A program made the translations under genes and the position numbers. This document shows, one piece after another, positions 35,980 through 47,250 of a DNA stretch of 64,000 nt. The stretch covers positions 175,703 through 239,702 of the forward strand of contig NIVC01001770.1 of NCBI GenBank assembly GCA_002269645.1, read 5' to 3'. Under the pieces are notes generated by a model. That model saw only the letters and a program-made list of their open reading frames with translations. It was not told where the DNA came from and searched no databases. The first letter of the stretch is position 1, and every line of letters begins with the position of its first letter. Source of the stretch: Macrostomum lignano (Eukaryota).

Positions 35980-38900
35980 TTAGCAACTGCAACCTCCGCC
36001 GGACGATTTCACAGGCTGCGTGCCGGGACTCACCTTGATGGTCGGCTTCTGCTGCTGGGTGTTTCCCACCGGACCCATTCTAGACTTGATCTCCGCCGCC
36101 ATCGACATGAAAGCCTGCTCAACGTTGGTTGAGTTCTTGGCGCTGGTCTCTAGGAACACAATTCCGAGTTTGTCAGCGTACTCTTTGGCTGTGGCAAAGT
36201 CCACCACCTGCGGATCGGATATTGTCAGATACGGATTTGTCTTATAATACTGTTAGTAGCATAATAAGCATTTTTACAGATGGGAGGATGTGGTGCTAGT
36301 AGAGATGACGATGGCAGGCTGAGGTGCTGTCAGAAATGAAGATGGAAGGCTGAGGTGCTGTCAGAAATGAAGATGGGAGGCTGAGGTGCTGTCAGAAATG
36401 AAGATGGGAGGCTGGGGTGCTGTCAGAAATGAAGATGGAGGCTGAGGTGCTGTCAGAGATGATGACCGGAGGCTGAGGTGATCGCTCACCTTCTTAGCCG
36501 TCAGATCGCATTTGTTGCCAACAAGCAACTTGTTAACATTCTCGGAGGCGTAGCGGTCAATCTCCTGTAGCCAGTTCTTCACATTGTTGAAGGACTCTTG
36601 ATCCGTGACGTCGTACACTACGATGATGCCGTGGGCGCCGCGGTAGTAGGAAGAGGTGATGGTGCGGAAGCGCTCTTGGCCAGCCGTGTCCCAAATCTTC
36701 AACGTTGACAAGGTGAGAAATTTAGTTGGGGAGTTACGCTTCCGATTAAGTAAAAGATAGACTTTTACAAACTACACCAAGGCACCAAGGGCGCCAAGGC
36801 ACCAAGGGCGCCAAGGCACCAAGGGCGCCAAGGCACCAAGGGCGCCAAGGCACCAGGGGCGCCAAGGCACCAGGGGCGCCAAGGCACCAGGGGCGCCAAG
36901 GCACCAGGGGCGCCAAGGCACCAGGGGCGCCAAGGCACCAGGGGCGCCAAGGCACCAGGGGCGCCAAGGCACCAGGGGCGCCAAGGCACCGGGGCGCCAA
37001 GGCACCAGGGGCGCCAAGGCACCAGGGGCGCCAAGAACACAAGAAACATGAGTAAAGTTACATAACAACCAACCTGCAACTTGATGGTCTTGCCATCCAA
37101 TTCGATAGTACGGATCTTGAAGTCCACACCAATAGTGCTGATGTAACTCTCAGTGTAAGTGTCATCAGCAAAGCGCAACAACAAGCAGCTCTTGCCAACA
37201 CCAGAATCGCCAATTAGAAGAAGTTTGAACAGGTAGTCACTAAAATTTGGAGAGAGATACTTTGTACATTGCTAGCTCATGTGCATAACTAAATTCATGC
37301 AAATCTATTCAAAAAAGGACTAAAGGGCTACTAAATTCCTTAAAATAACAAAATGGATCAATGTCTTGGCCTGTATATAATTGGTGAGGATCATTATAAA
37401 AGTAAGAAAGGCTAACTTACTAATTAATGATGGTATAATTGATTATTATAATTATATGTGCAACTACTACTACTAAGGTTGTAGCCTAGTGGGGGTTGTA
37501 GCCTAGAGCATGAACTAAAAACTTGAAGGTTGAATGTTAATTCCTGATCCTACTAGAAAAATTTGTCTTTAAGCAAGGCACTTAACTCTACATTGCTTCA
37601 GTTAACTAAGTAGTAAAATGGGTATAGTATTAGCTAGGGTAATTGAAGGTATATGGCAACCCCCTGGTCCTCAGATTAAATAGCCATATATAGCCTGCAG
37701 ATGCACTATACAATAGCAGTGACTTAGCTGTCAGTTGCAAATATAGCCCAATTAGGGCAAGTATAATCTAAATATACTAAATTAAATACTAAACATATTA
37801 CTATTATGAGAAATAAAAGCAATATAAAAATAGCTTAGCTAAATTAGCTAATACATTCAAACTAGAATCTTGATATATATTACACATGATATAGAAACGT
37901 GGTCATATCCTAAAAGGTATATTGGTAGAAAAGATTTATTTCATATATTTGAGCAACCAAAACAATAAAAGAATTATAGAGTCATTATTTTAGCTGCTCA
38001 GGCAGAACTCATTAAGCAAATTATCCTGCTAGAATTCTGTCATGCCTATATCCATAACACCCTGCCAAGAGGCATGTACAACTGCTGCAGCAAGAAATTG
38101 CAGTTACAGATGTCACCTATACTGCAAGAACTGCCTGCTCAACTGCCATACCTTTAAATTGTTGCAGACTTAGAGGTTTTTCCACAACTCACATGTGAAC
38201 ATCTGCATTACTCTTGCTGTATTTGCCAGGTGGTTTCTGGCCTATCAAACAAGCAGTCTGGCAGTCTGGCACCCATATATGCCTAAGAGCAGGCGGGGCA
38301 ACCATAAACTGCCCTTACTGCCCCAAGGATGACCTGTAGAAACAACTTGAAGCCAGAGCAGAAACTCGGAGAAGCCCTGCACTAGGTGCCACTCACTTGT
38401 AGACAAAGGCCTGAGGCACAAGTGTAGCGTCTCAAGCACATTGCAGTATCTGTGCAAGCTTAGCCCTATATCAAAAGAGCATATCACTCATGACATGATG
38501 CGTGAAAAGCTAAGAGCAGCAGCAGCATCAGGACATAGATCAATGGCTTCTATTTCTAGCGCCACTGGTGGCCCACCAATGCAGCTAAGGCATGCAAATG
38601 ATTCAAATGAGCAGAGAGTGCTGAGGACCGAGACACTAGTAATGTTAAAGACCTCTCAATCTGAGTGACTGGCAAACAAACATGGCAGCCACAATCATCA
38701 GGCAGGCGGAGGGCAGTTGTAAGGCCGTGCAACCCAGACTGCACGCAGCTTTGGCAGCCACAAGCAGCATCACAGAGAGTTTTTTTGAGATGTGGCAGCT
38801 CAAATTCACTTAAAAGTCCTCAGGTGGTAGCTTTACTGATACCACAGGATGTTCTGTCATATGCCCCGATCTGCAAGGCCTGCTGAGCTTCATTTGCTCA

Positions 38901-41119
38901 AAGCGAGGTTTAGTGAGATCAATGTGAGATTGAAGCTGGGGATGGATGGAGGTGGTGGCTCACTAAAAATCTGCCTTAGTGTTGCCCCAATACTGCCTAC
39001 CAAACCACAGACAGAGTCAACACCTAAGAAGCTAAGCAGGGAGTCACCAATAAGCAACTTTGGCATAAAAAAACTGTTTATCATCACAATTGCTAAGGAT
39101 GTCCAGGAGAACTATGCAAATGTGCAAGAACTTTTAGATGAGCTAGACTTGACATCAATTAAGTTTATAGTCGCTTGCAACTTCAAGCTAGCCAACATCC
39201 TATGTGGCTTTCAAAGTCATGCTGCTCATCCTGGTCTTTACTGTGAAGGGCAGGTGCCATGGCAAGTTGCTGGTTCCATAAGAACCCTTAAATCCATTTG
39301 TTGGATAGCCATAGCATTCGAGGCTGCTAGTAACAGATCTCGTGCCACCACCAGAGCTACACATCATGCTTGGTGTGACCAACAAACTGCTCAATCAGCT
39401 CAACTCAGCTTGGGGCAATGACAAGGCATACAAGTGGGTATATTCAGCTAGAATCTGTTGCAAGCAGTATCATGGCAGGTGTCTAGAAGGCTTTGCATAT
39501 GTCAAATTGCTGCTAAAAGCTCAAGAGCTCAAGAGCAACTTGCTACCAAGGCTCTAGGGCTATGTGTCTGCTCTCATCATATTTGATGCTGTTCGCCAAG
39601 CATGTCTTAGGCAACAGCTAAAGAGCAACTTTTGCTAGAAGATTGGCAATGCTGAACTGAAGCTGGTGCCGACACCAAGATGCACACCCTTTTCCACTAT
39701 GTTCCAGAGTTGTGCAAGCAATTCAATTCAGGCCTTGGGACCTTTAGCAAGCAGGCAGTCGAGTCTGCACACAGTGACTTTTGTTTGACGTGGCAATGGT
39801 TTTGCAGGCCTTTGAGGCATGTGCAGTACGCAGAATGCCTGCTGCTTGCAGTTGTTAGCTACAATTCTAGCCATATTTGATGTTAAGCATTTTTATGCCT
39901 GCAAAGATTTCTAGGATTTAGCTTGTATACTTAATATCTATGTGCACTTTATTCTATACTGACATTAGCAATAATAAGTGCATGATGTATAATATTAATA
40001 CTAATATAGTTGCATGTTCCTCTAATGATAAATAATAATATTGTAACTATGAGCTATAATAACATTAATATTATCAATGGGTTTGGCCTTAAATGCTTAT
40101 CATATTATATATAATCTATAGTCTAGATCATGCTAGGTGCATGCCTGAACAAAAATTGGATAATTATAAATGCATGCCAAAAATGTAATATATGCACATT
40201 CTTAAAAATAATCTAGTGTTGCAACAATAAATGACCTTTTTATGTTGTGGCAATAAATGACCTTTTTAAATTGCATAATAGACCCTTATTAGCAGATAAT
40301 TTGGTTGATTTTTATGCTTTTTTGGTGATACTATACTATTTATAGTAGAAAATTGGGTTATCTTCAAGTTTTGTTCGTTTAATTCCAACACCCACCCCCC
40401 ACCACCCTTGAATAGAGGGCGAAAATAATTCCGGAAATAATTTAACGAACGAAACTTGAAGATTGCCGAAAATTGATACATACAAAGATTTGTTTAAATG
40501 CTTTTTTATGAGCTTGAGAAAACTGGAAAGCTTAAAATTTATGCTTATAAATAAACTTTTTTCATCTTTTTTTACTTCACAGATAGATCTTACACATAAT
40601 TCTATAAAGTGCATACCAGGTATACATGCATACTATTTTCTCAGGAGTGATAAATGCCAACTATGCATGCCTAATTATGGTATGCAAGGCCAATGCATGC
40701 CTGAATGTTTGGGCATATACTACATGAACCTAAGTTTGGCATGTAATTTGCAATAAATATAAAATTCCTATTACCATTTTTGACAAGGCAATTGCCAATT
40801 AGATTTGTCTAACACTGTTTTTGAAATCTGCATGGGTCTTTGGGGCTGGGAAAAGCATCAGTTTCTTTGGGAAGACAAAGACAAAAACAAAGACATTTAG
40901 CAGACAAAATTACTGTACATTTTCAGATAAATGAGTGGCAGACAAACTGGCAACAGACAAAACGACCAATAAACTTTAAAATGCATAGAGATAGTAATAA
41001 TATAAAATAAAATTGAGAATGGAATGGCATATTCCTAGATTATAATATTATTATTAAAAAATCTGTTAATTTTATAAAAAAATTAGAGTTCAGGCATAAA
41101 CTTACTATTCTGGTGTCAT
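35980..41119 (-). CDS. RAB1A: Ras-related protein Rab-1, 204 aa, 4 coding exons
   Basis: Exons (minus): 41119-41106 (ATG ACA CCA GAA TA), 37239-37074, 36696-36490, 36207-35980; GT-AG and phase-consistent. [89 protein letters not shown] prenylation end. Confidence 0.96.
36310..36480. repeat. ~31-bp tandem repeat in Rab1 intron 3 (gaggctgaggtgctgtcagaaatgaagatgg)
   Basis: ~5 copies adjacent to the exon 3 donor. Confidence 0.85.
36775..37035. repeat. 17-bp minisatellite in Rab1 intron 2 (ggcaccaggggcgccaa)
   Basis: ~15 copies. Confidence 0.95.
37477..37768 (+). mobile_element. CORE-type tRNA SINE (family B), heavily C>T/G>A-mutated copy in Rab1 intron 1
   Basis: Colinear with the reverse complements of 46970-47250 and 51549-51824; core tctttaagcaaggcacttaactctacattgcttcagtt...gtaaaatggg; no CpG left. 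Confidence 0.85.
38030..39880 (+). pseudogene. Decayed DDE transposase of the RAG1/Transib/Chapaev-related class, antisense in Rab1 intron 1
   Basis: Ordered motifs [15 protein letters not shown](N<D)[33 protein letters not shown]...[22 protein letters not shown](K<E)QAVESAH..F...W; frameshift near 39340, TAG stops at 39555 and ~39635; upstream CPYC zinc-finger-like motif. TIRs not located. Confidence 0.8.
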
Positions 41120-41369
41120 CTTATAAAAGTGGCTGGCTGTGCCTGCGAAGATGATGAATTATATGAAGAACTGCGGTAATAGGAAAGTCTGAGCTCCTAC
41201 AACTTATAATATAAGTTGGAAAAATCTTTGTTGGGTAGGCCTCTGATCTTAAAAAATACTATACTAGCGATCACACAACAGCAGACCTAAAGGAACAGTG
41301 GCACTTAATACTATTATATTACAGAAGCTGAAGCCTAAAGGTAGGTAAGCTTTCTTGGAATTTATTATT

Positions 41370-41600
41370 CGTAGAGCAAGCGGGGTGCGAGTCGGTTTTA
41401 CAAAGTATCCAATTTTTATAGTGATAAATAATTATTTTATAAAAAAGAAAATATTAGTCTGTATTCGGCATTAATCTGTGTATAATTTTAACTATGCTGT
41501 TTTAACCAACTAAATTTTTCGGTGAGCGATATAATTACTGCGGTCTGCGCGTTGCCGCTGTTTGATGAGTCGCGAGGAGTAGGCCTAGTGTGTGTGTGTG
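41370..41600. promoter_or_regulatory. Putative CpG-retaining bidirectional promoter between Rab1 and eIF2B-delta
   Basis: ~12 CpG in ~200 bp by eye between two nearly CpG-free domains; head-to-head housekeeping genes. Confidence 0.55.
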
Positions 41601-43979
41601 TAGTGGTTGTTAGCAATTTCCATACTTTTTAGCTTTTTACCTGGTGAAGTTTATATTTTTTCTTAATTTCGCAAATCCAGAGTATACCCTTGCATTTGTC
41701 AGTGTACTCCACTTAGGCAAGTTGAGACAAGGAAGTCTTAGAAGAAGTTAAATTAAGTTAACCAAAAATGACAAAAGCCAAAAACTAAGAAAGAAAGATG
41801 GAAGAAAAAGAAAAGAGCAACATAACAAAAGTAAAAATAATGAAGCAAAAGAAAAGCAAGTTGCAAAAAATGCAAATTAAGTTGCTTAAGCAATTAGGTA
41901 AGTTGCAACAAGAGCAGCTAAGTTGCAATAAAGATCAGGCAAATTGCAACAAGAGCAACTAAGTTGAAAAAAGGATTAGATGAGTTGCAAAAGAACTGGC
42001 CTTTAGTTAACAGGCCCTTCTCTTACTTCAAATGAGAAGGAATAGAAGATTAGGGCCTAGAGATGAGCAAACAGGGAAGAGATAAGAGATGCAATAAGGG
42101 AAAAGATAGAAAAAAGAGAAAAACTATGTGAGGAAAGAGAGATAAGAGAGAAGAAAGGATAAAAAGGTTATGAGAGCAGAGATAAGAGATTTAAGGTTAG
42201 AGAGAGGAATAAGATGAAAATAAAGTGGAGAAAGAAGAGATAAAAGTGTAGAAAAGAGAAAGAAAAGATAGGGCCTGAGAAAAAAAAGAAAAGGAAAAAG
42301 AAAAGAAGATAGATGAAAAGATTGAGAAGAGGAGATAAGTTTTAAAGGCCTCAAATCTTAATTTATCATGTATTTATTCCTGTTTTTATTAGTTTTCTTT
42401 TCTAGACATTCGTGAATCATGAGTCATGACTTATGTAGCTAGTATACTCACTATATTATATTATATTAAGACAATTTATAAATGACTTCATAGGCTGCCA
42501 TCAGATGGCATACTGATAAGCTATTATAAAAACAGAAGTAGGCCCTAATCTGTATATAGTACTAATTAGATGGCAAAGAATTTAGCCTATAAAAATGGTT
42601 AAAGTTAGGCCTAGGCCTGACTTTTATCTAGATAATTATGTTTATTTGCTTAACTTTTTTTCATAAGTAAGTCACATTTTTGGTTACAAAGTAGGCCAAG
42701 TTGCATAGGCCTAGCTAGTGTAAATTAAGGGGGGGGTTGCACATGTATGCTATTGTTAATATATTTATGATTTTATAACTTAACTTTTTAAGGCTGTTTC
42801 TAATTTTTAGTTAATACCAAAGCCATATCAAGGCTCAATGGCTGATGACTCTGAAATTCAACTTAATGTTTAATTCTTTAATTTTTATTAGTTATACTAG
42901 GCTTATAGAGCCATTTTCTATATCCAATTAAATTCTATCTAGTTATAGAGCTATGCTTATACAATAGAACTCCTTTATTCATTAGAATATTTATAAAGTC
43001 TTCAGATTAAAACTCTTTTAGAATAACTTTAAGTATAAATATTAGAATGAGACCTAATCTAACTCTAAAACCTAATAAGGAATAAGCCTAAGTAAGTATC
43101 TCAAAGTGTAATTTTAATGACTTACCTTTTACTAGTAGCATTTTTATTTTAAATTATGTTTTCTAGAGTTCCACCATAACTAATTTTTTGTAAATCAATA
43201 CCTAAACTAATTTTTCCTATGGCCTATATCTGGACCATATCTATATCTCTAGCTATTTAGTTTCTCATAATAAGGACTTAAAAGCTCCTAGTGCATTGAA
43301 AATAAAAAATCATTTTAACTTTCCCCTTGCTATCCAAATTACACAATGTGTACATGGCATTGAAAATCTTGGTTGCTTGAATATCAAACCCTAGGGACTT
43401 AAAAGTTCCCCTTATAAAAGCTTTGAAACTGGCAAAATTCATTTCTCAATAGTTTTGATTTCAATTTTTTATTTTCTCTTTGTTTAGTTTCAATCTAAAT
43501 ACAAGTTTACTTATAGCTTAAAAATAATACCACTAAGGCATAGTAAAAAATAAGGAGATTCTTAATGATATTATATGATTTTTATATGCACCTAAACTTT
43601 ATAAAGATCTATTAAAAACTATTAAAGACCTATTGCAATTAATTATGTAAATTTTACCAACCAACAACTACCTAAAAACCAAGTCATAGAAATTTAATAG
43701 TAGCACTTCAAGGGTAACAAGATCCAGTATTCCATATAGGAAAAATTAACAATCTAGATTGCATAATTATCTTGTTACTAGTCAAATAAAATAGAAATAA
43801 ATTTGATATGTTTTTAAATGTCTTTTAAATTAATATTAAATGATCATGTGCTAGGTTTGTATACTCTTAGAAGTCTAGTCAACACATTTATATAACTTGT
43901 AGAAGTATATGAATTCTCTTAGCTATGAAAGTCATCAATGCATCTCAATCAACAATGATGTTCATGAGCTGAGTTAAAA

Positions 43980-45392
43980 ATGTTGCCTACCGATTCAAAG
44001 CGGAGAAGTGGCAAAGAGAAGCAGCAAAAAGAGAAGCAGTCCCTCCCAGCATCTTCTGCTCAAGAGGGCAAAAGTGCTGCTCAACTTCGAGCTGAGCGCC
44101 GGGAACTTCAGGAACGACAGAGAGCCGCCAAGTTGCAAAAGCAGCAGGAACAGAAGCAAGCTGGCGGCGGCAAGGGCGGCTCTAAAACTTCAAATCCGTC
44201 TAACAAAGCTGAAGCTGGCAGTAAAAAGTCTGCAGAACAAAAGCAGTCAGCGCCCATTCCAACTTCAGCAGACAAAAAGGCACAATCGAGTAAGTTGGCT
44301 CCACCAGGAGACACCCACCAGCAGCAGCAGCAGGCGGCCAACAAGAAAAAGTCGCCACCACCTCAGCAGCAACAGCAGCCTGCTGACTCCTCAGTAAAGT
44401 CGCTGCCAAGCTTCTTCCGCCACCTCAAACCTCCTATGGATGCTGAACAGATAACTAGCAGTGTGTATAACGAACAGTTTGCCCAGAGCCAGATTGAAGC
44501 CGCATTCGTTCAGTTGTCCCTGATGGTGGCGCACGAACAGCTGCAGGGTCCCGCCGCCAGGTGCTTAGGCTTGGCCCGCGCTCTTCGCCAGCTGCTCTGC
44601 ACTGTGCCTGTGCAGGATCTGCCTCGCCTTATCAAACCAAAGCTTGATCCGAATATGCGACTGCTTCGATCGGCTAAGCCTCCCACAGTGCTTGAGTCAT
44701 ATCTTGAGCAGCGCCTAGCTAATTGGGTGCAATCAGCTGGCAGTTCGGCGGAGAACTCTGACCACTGGCTTGTAGACCGGATGAATGAGTTTGTTATTGA
44801 ACAGATTGAAAAGGCTCGGGTCACAATGCGGGCCAGTCTAAAATCGAAGATTAACAACTTGGACTGCATTATGCTTTACAAGCCGTCCAGCTTAATATTC
44901 GAATGCCTAGAGGACATTGTGTCTGAAGGAACGAAAATGCCAGACGTTAGAATAATTTTATTGGATTCGCCGCCCAGCTGGGAAGGCCAGGCCTTTCTAA
45001 GAAGGCTACAGGGGCACAGGCTGCTGTCAAAGTGTCCAGTCCGCTACGCGATGCTGTCTGCCGCGCCCAGTCTGTTGTCGGACACCAGCAAGCTGGTGCT
45101 GGAAGGCCAGGCTCTGACAGCTAATGGCAACGTGCTAGCGCCAGTCGGCACCGCCTACCTGGCCAATGTTGCTTGGTCGCATCGGATTCCCTGTCTAGTA
45201 TTGTGCCACGCCTGCCAGACCTGGGACCAGGTGCTAATTGACTCCGTATCCTACAATGAGCTGGGTCGAGTTAGTAGCGATAGCCAATTGTGCAATATTC
45301 AGTACGACTTGACGCCAGGCGATCTTGTCACAGCGCTAATTACGGAGCGCGGAATTCTGCCCTGCACTGGGTCGCCGGTTCCGTCTCACTGA
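43980..45392 (+). CDS. EIF2B4: Translation initiation factor eIF-2B subunit delta, single-exon CDS, ~470 aa
   Basis: Basic low-complexity N-terminus with KSAAQLRAERRELQERQRAAK; GPAARCLGL; IF-2B domain LEGQALTANGNVLAPVGTAYLA..HRIPCLV..NEL..YDLTPGDLVTALITERGILPC. The C-terminus may be shifted by a 1-nt deletion at ~45381. Confidence 0.9.
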   Translation: MLPTDSKRRSGKEKQQKEKQSLPASSAQEGKSAAQLRAERRELQERQRAAKLQKQQEQKQAGGGKGGSKTSNPSNKAEAGSKKSAEQKQSAPIPTSADKKAQSSKLAPPGDTHQQQQQAANKKKSPPPQQQQQPADSSVKSLPSFFRHLKPPMDAEQITSSVYNEQFAQSQIEAAFVQLSLMVAHEQLQGPAARCLGLARALRQLLCTVPVQDLPRLIKPKLDPNMRLLRSAKPPTVLESYLEQRLANWVQSAGSSAENSDHWLVDRMNEFVIEQIEKARVTMRASLKSKINNLDCIMLYKPSSLIFECLEDIVSEGTKMPDVRIILLDSPPSWEGQAFLRRLQGHRLLSKCPVRYAMLSAAPSLLSDTSKLVLEGQALTANGNVLAPVGTAYLANVAWSHRIPCLVLCHACQTWDQVLIDSVSYNELGRVSSDSQLCNIQYDLTPGDLVTALITERGILPCTGSPVPSH

Positions 45393-46969
45393 GGTTGAAC
45401 TAATTATTTTTTAACTGTCATTCGTCTTATTAAGTTATTTTGCATCATTATCCCATGGCAAGTATATTAGCGCAGGTAAACTTGCTAATCTACATGTGTT
45501 GTTGGTAACCGATGTGAATAATTGGCCTATGCTTCAGCCTTTAATTAATTATTACGCAAAAAATGCTATTTTTCAGTCGTTCTGTGTTTGCTTATTTTTT
45601 GGATGTGGGGAATGAATTTCTGTAATTTTACTGTTTGTTGCGCAAAGGAATCGATGAGTTTTAACTTCTCTCTGCACCTGATTCAGCCAATCACAGACTC
45701 TGAGAGGCCACGTATCCCGCTAAGTGATGAAATGAGCTTACAGATTGCTGGACTTCTAACTAACTGTCTTAGTGATAAGCTACAGCTATTCCCTATAACC
45801 ATCGCATGTTATCGTTGCATAAGATTATATGGTTATTATTATTATTTATATCTAGTATGCGTTTCAGTCAGTGTAATTGCTTGCAATTTAATTGATGCAA
45901 AAAATTAAAAGCAAATAAAATTTCTACACACTGAGCTGACGAAACTGACGGATTGGAAAACAGTTTGTTCTTGAATAGGATATTAATGTGTCACATGTGT
46001 TCAAGCGTACGTGTATATGTTATTTTACTTCTAGATTAGAGTTGTAGAGGATAAGTTATCTAGGAGTTACGAGCGAAAGCGCATTAATTATCTACTTGCT
46101 CTACTTTTAGTAGTCTTATTGCAAGCACAAATTAATTTATTTTAAATTTTCTTCGAGAAACAATTCGTAATTAGACGAGACTTAGAAGCTTTTTTTAATT
46201 TTTTTAATTAAAGCAAATCCTTAACCATCTAATCAACCACTGTCGGTCATTGTTTCTCTTCCTAAAATCGGTTTACTGTTACGTGATCGCGTGGCAACTG
46301 CTCAGAAATTGCGCTCAAAAGAAGTAACAATTTCTCGCCAGGGTTTGCAACTTTTTCTTCTGTCGAGTGTAGCAAAATAAGTTCTCGTTTTGGTTCCGTT
46401 TGACGTCTAGCAGCTAGCTCGTACTCGTGAGTTTATCTTCCTTTGAAATTCAAAAGTTTCGAAGCTGTGCTGCTGTGTACTGAAATGAGAATTATTGATT
46501 TTTGAGCGACAAGAAGTCGCTCAAAACCCCTGTTAATTTTTTCCCGTCCTAAGCATATTTTTAGCTCGCATAAATAAGCTGTCTCGAGTCGAGTCCTGTT
46601 CTTTAAGCTTAGCAGGTACCTAACAGATAGTCTCCTGTCTCAATGTTGCGCAGTGCTTTCATTTCTGTTGCCTTTTAATTGCTCAGAAAGCTGTTTAATC
46701 CGTAATTTGATATGCATGCCTCTATGTGCAGGGCGGCAGAGAAAGATCGTGACATTGCATGCGCTCGCGTTTCGATCGGATAGCTGCTATTAGTTGTCCT
46801 GCAAATTGTTGCCTGCCAGCTGCAACTGTGCTAGTTGGCATCATGTAATTTTTAGTGTTTTATAAGCTAGATTAAAACCGTAAACGTATGAGAGTTTTAA
46901 TTGCGACCCTGGAGGGGGTTTATCTGATTTTTCTCAAATCAAAATTAACATATAATGATTATAATTGAT

Positions 46970-47250
46970 TACACCTGCCCTAATTAGGCCAGATGTGCAA
47001 CCGACAGCTCAGCCGCAGCTATTGCGTGGCGCATCTGAAAACTGCGTACGGCAGTTCAGTCCAAGGGGGGTCGCCACACACCCTCAATTACCCCAGCTAA
47101 TGCTGGCACCCATTTTACAGCTGGGTGAACTTAAGCAATGCAGAGTTTAGTGTCTTGCTCAAAGACATATTGTTCCAGTGGAATCGGAAATCGAACCCCC
47201 GACCTTCAAGTCGCGATCTTCCGACGCTCTAACCTCTAGGCTACATCCCC
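46970..47250 (-). mobile_element. CORE-type tRNA-derived SINE (family B), intact copy
   Basis: Minus head ggggatgTAGCCTAGAGG (A box), GGTTCGATTTC (B-box-like); CORE-like segment tctttgagcaagacactaaactctgcattgc...cacccagctgtaaaatggg; ATT-rich tail. Confidence 0.85.

Noticed and set aside
42838-42875. Minimal hammerhead-like ctgatga-ctct-gaaa
   Set aside because: Stem I does not pair and no Penelope RT is recognisable; the region is too mutated to call.
41760-43500. Relic coiled-coil ORF (~41790-41960) and a vaguely EF-hand-like minus-strand stretch (~43250-43450)
   Set aside because: Sequence is too A-rich and mutated to support homology by eye.
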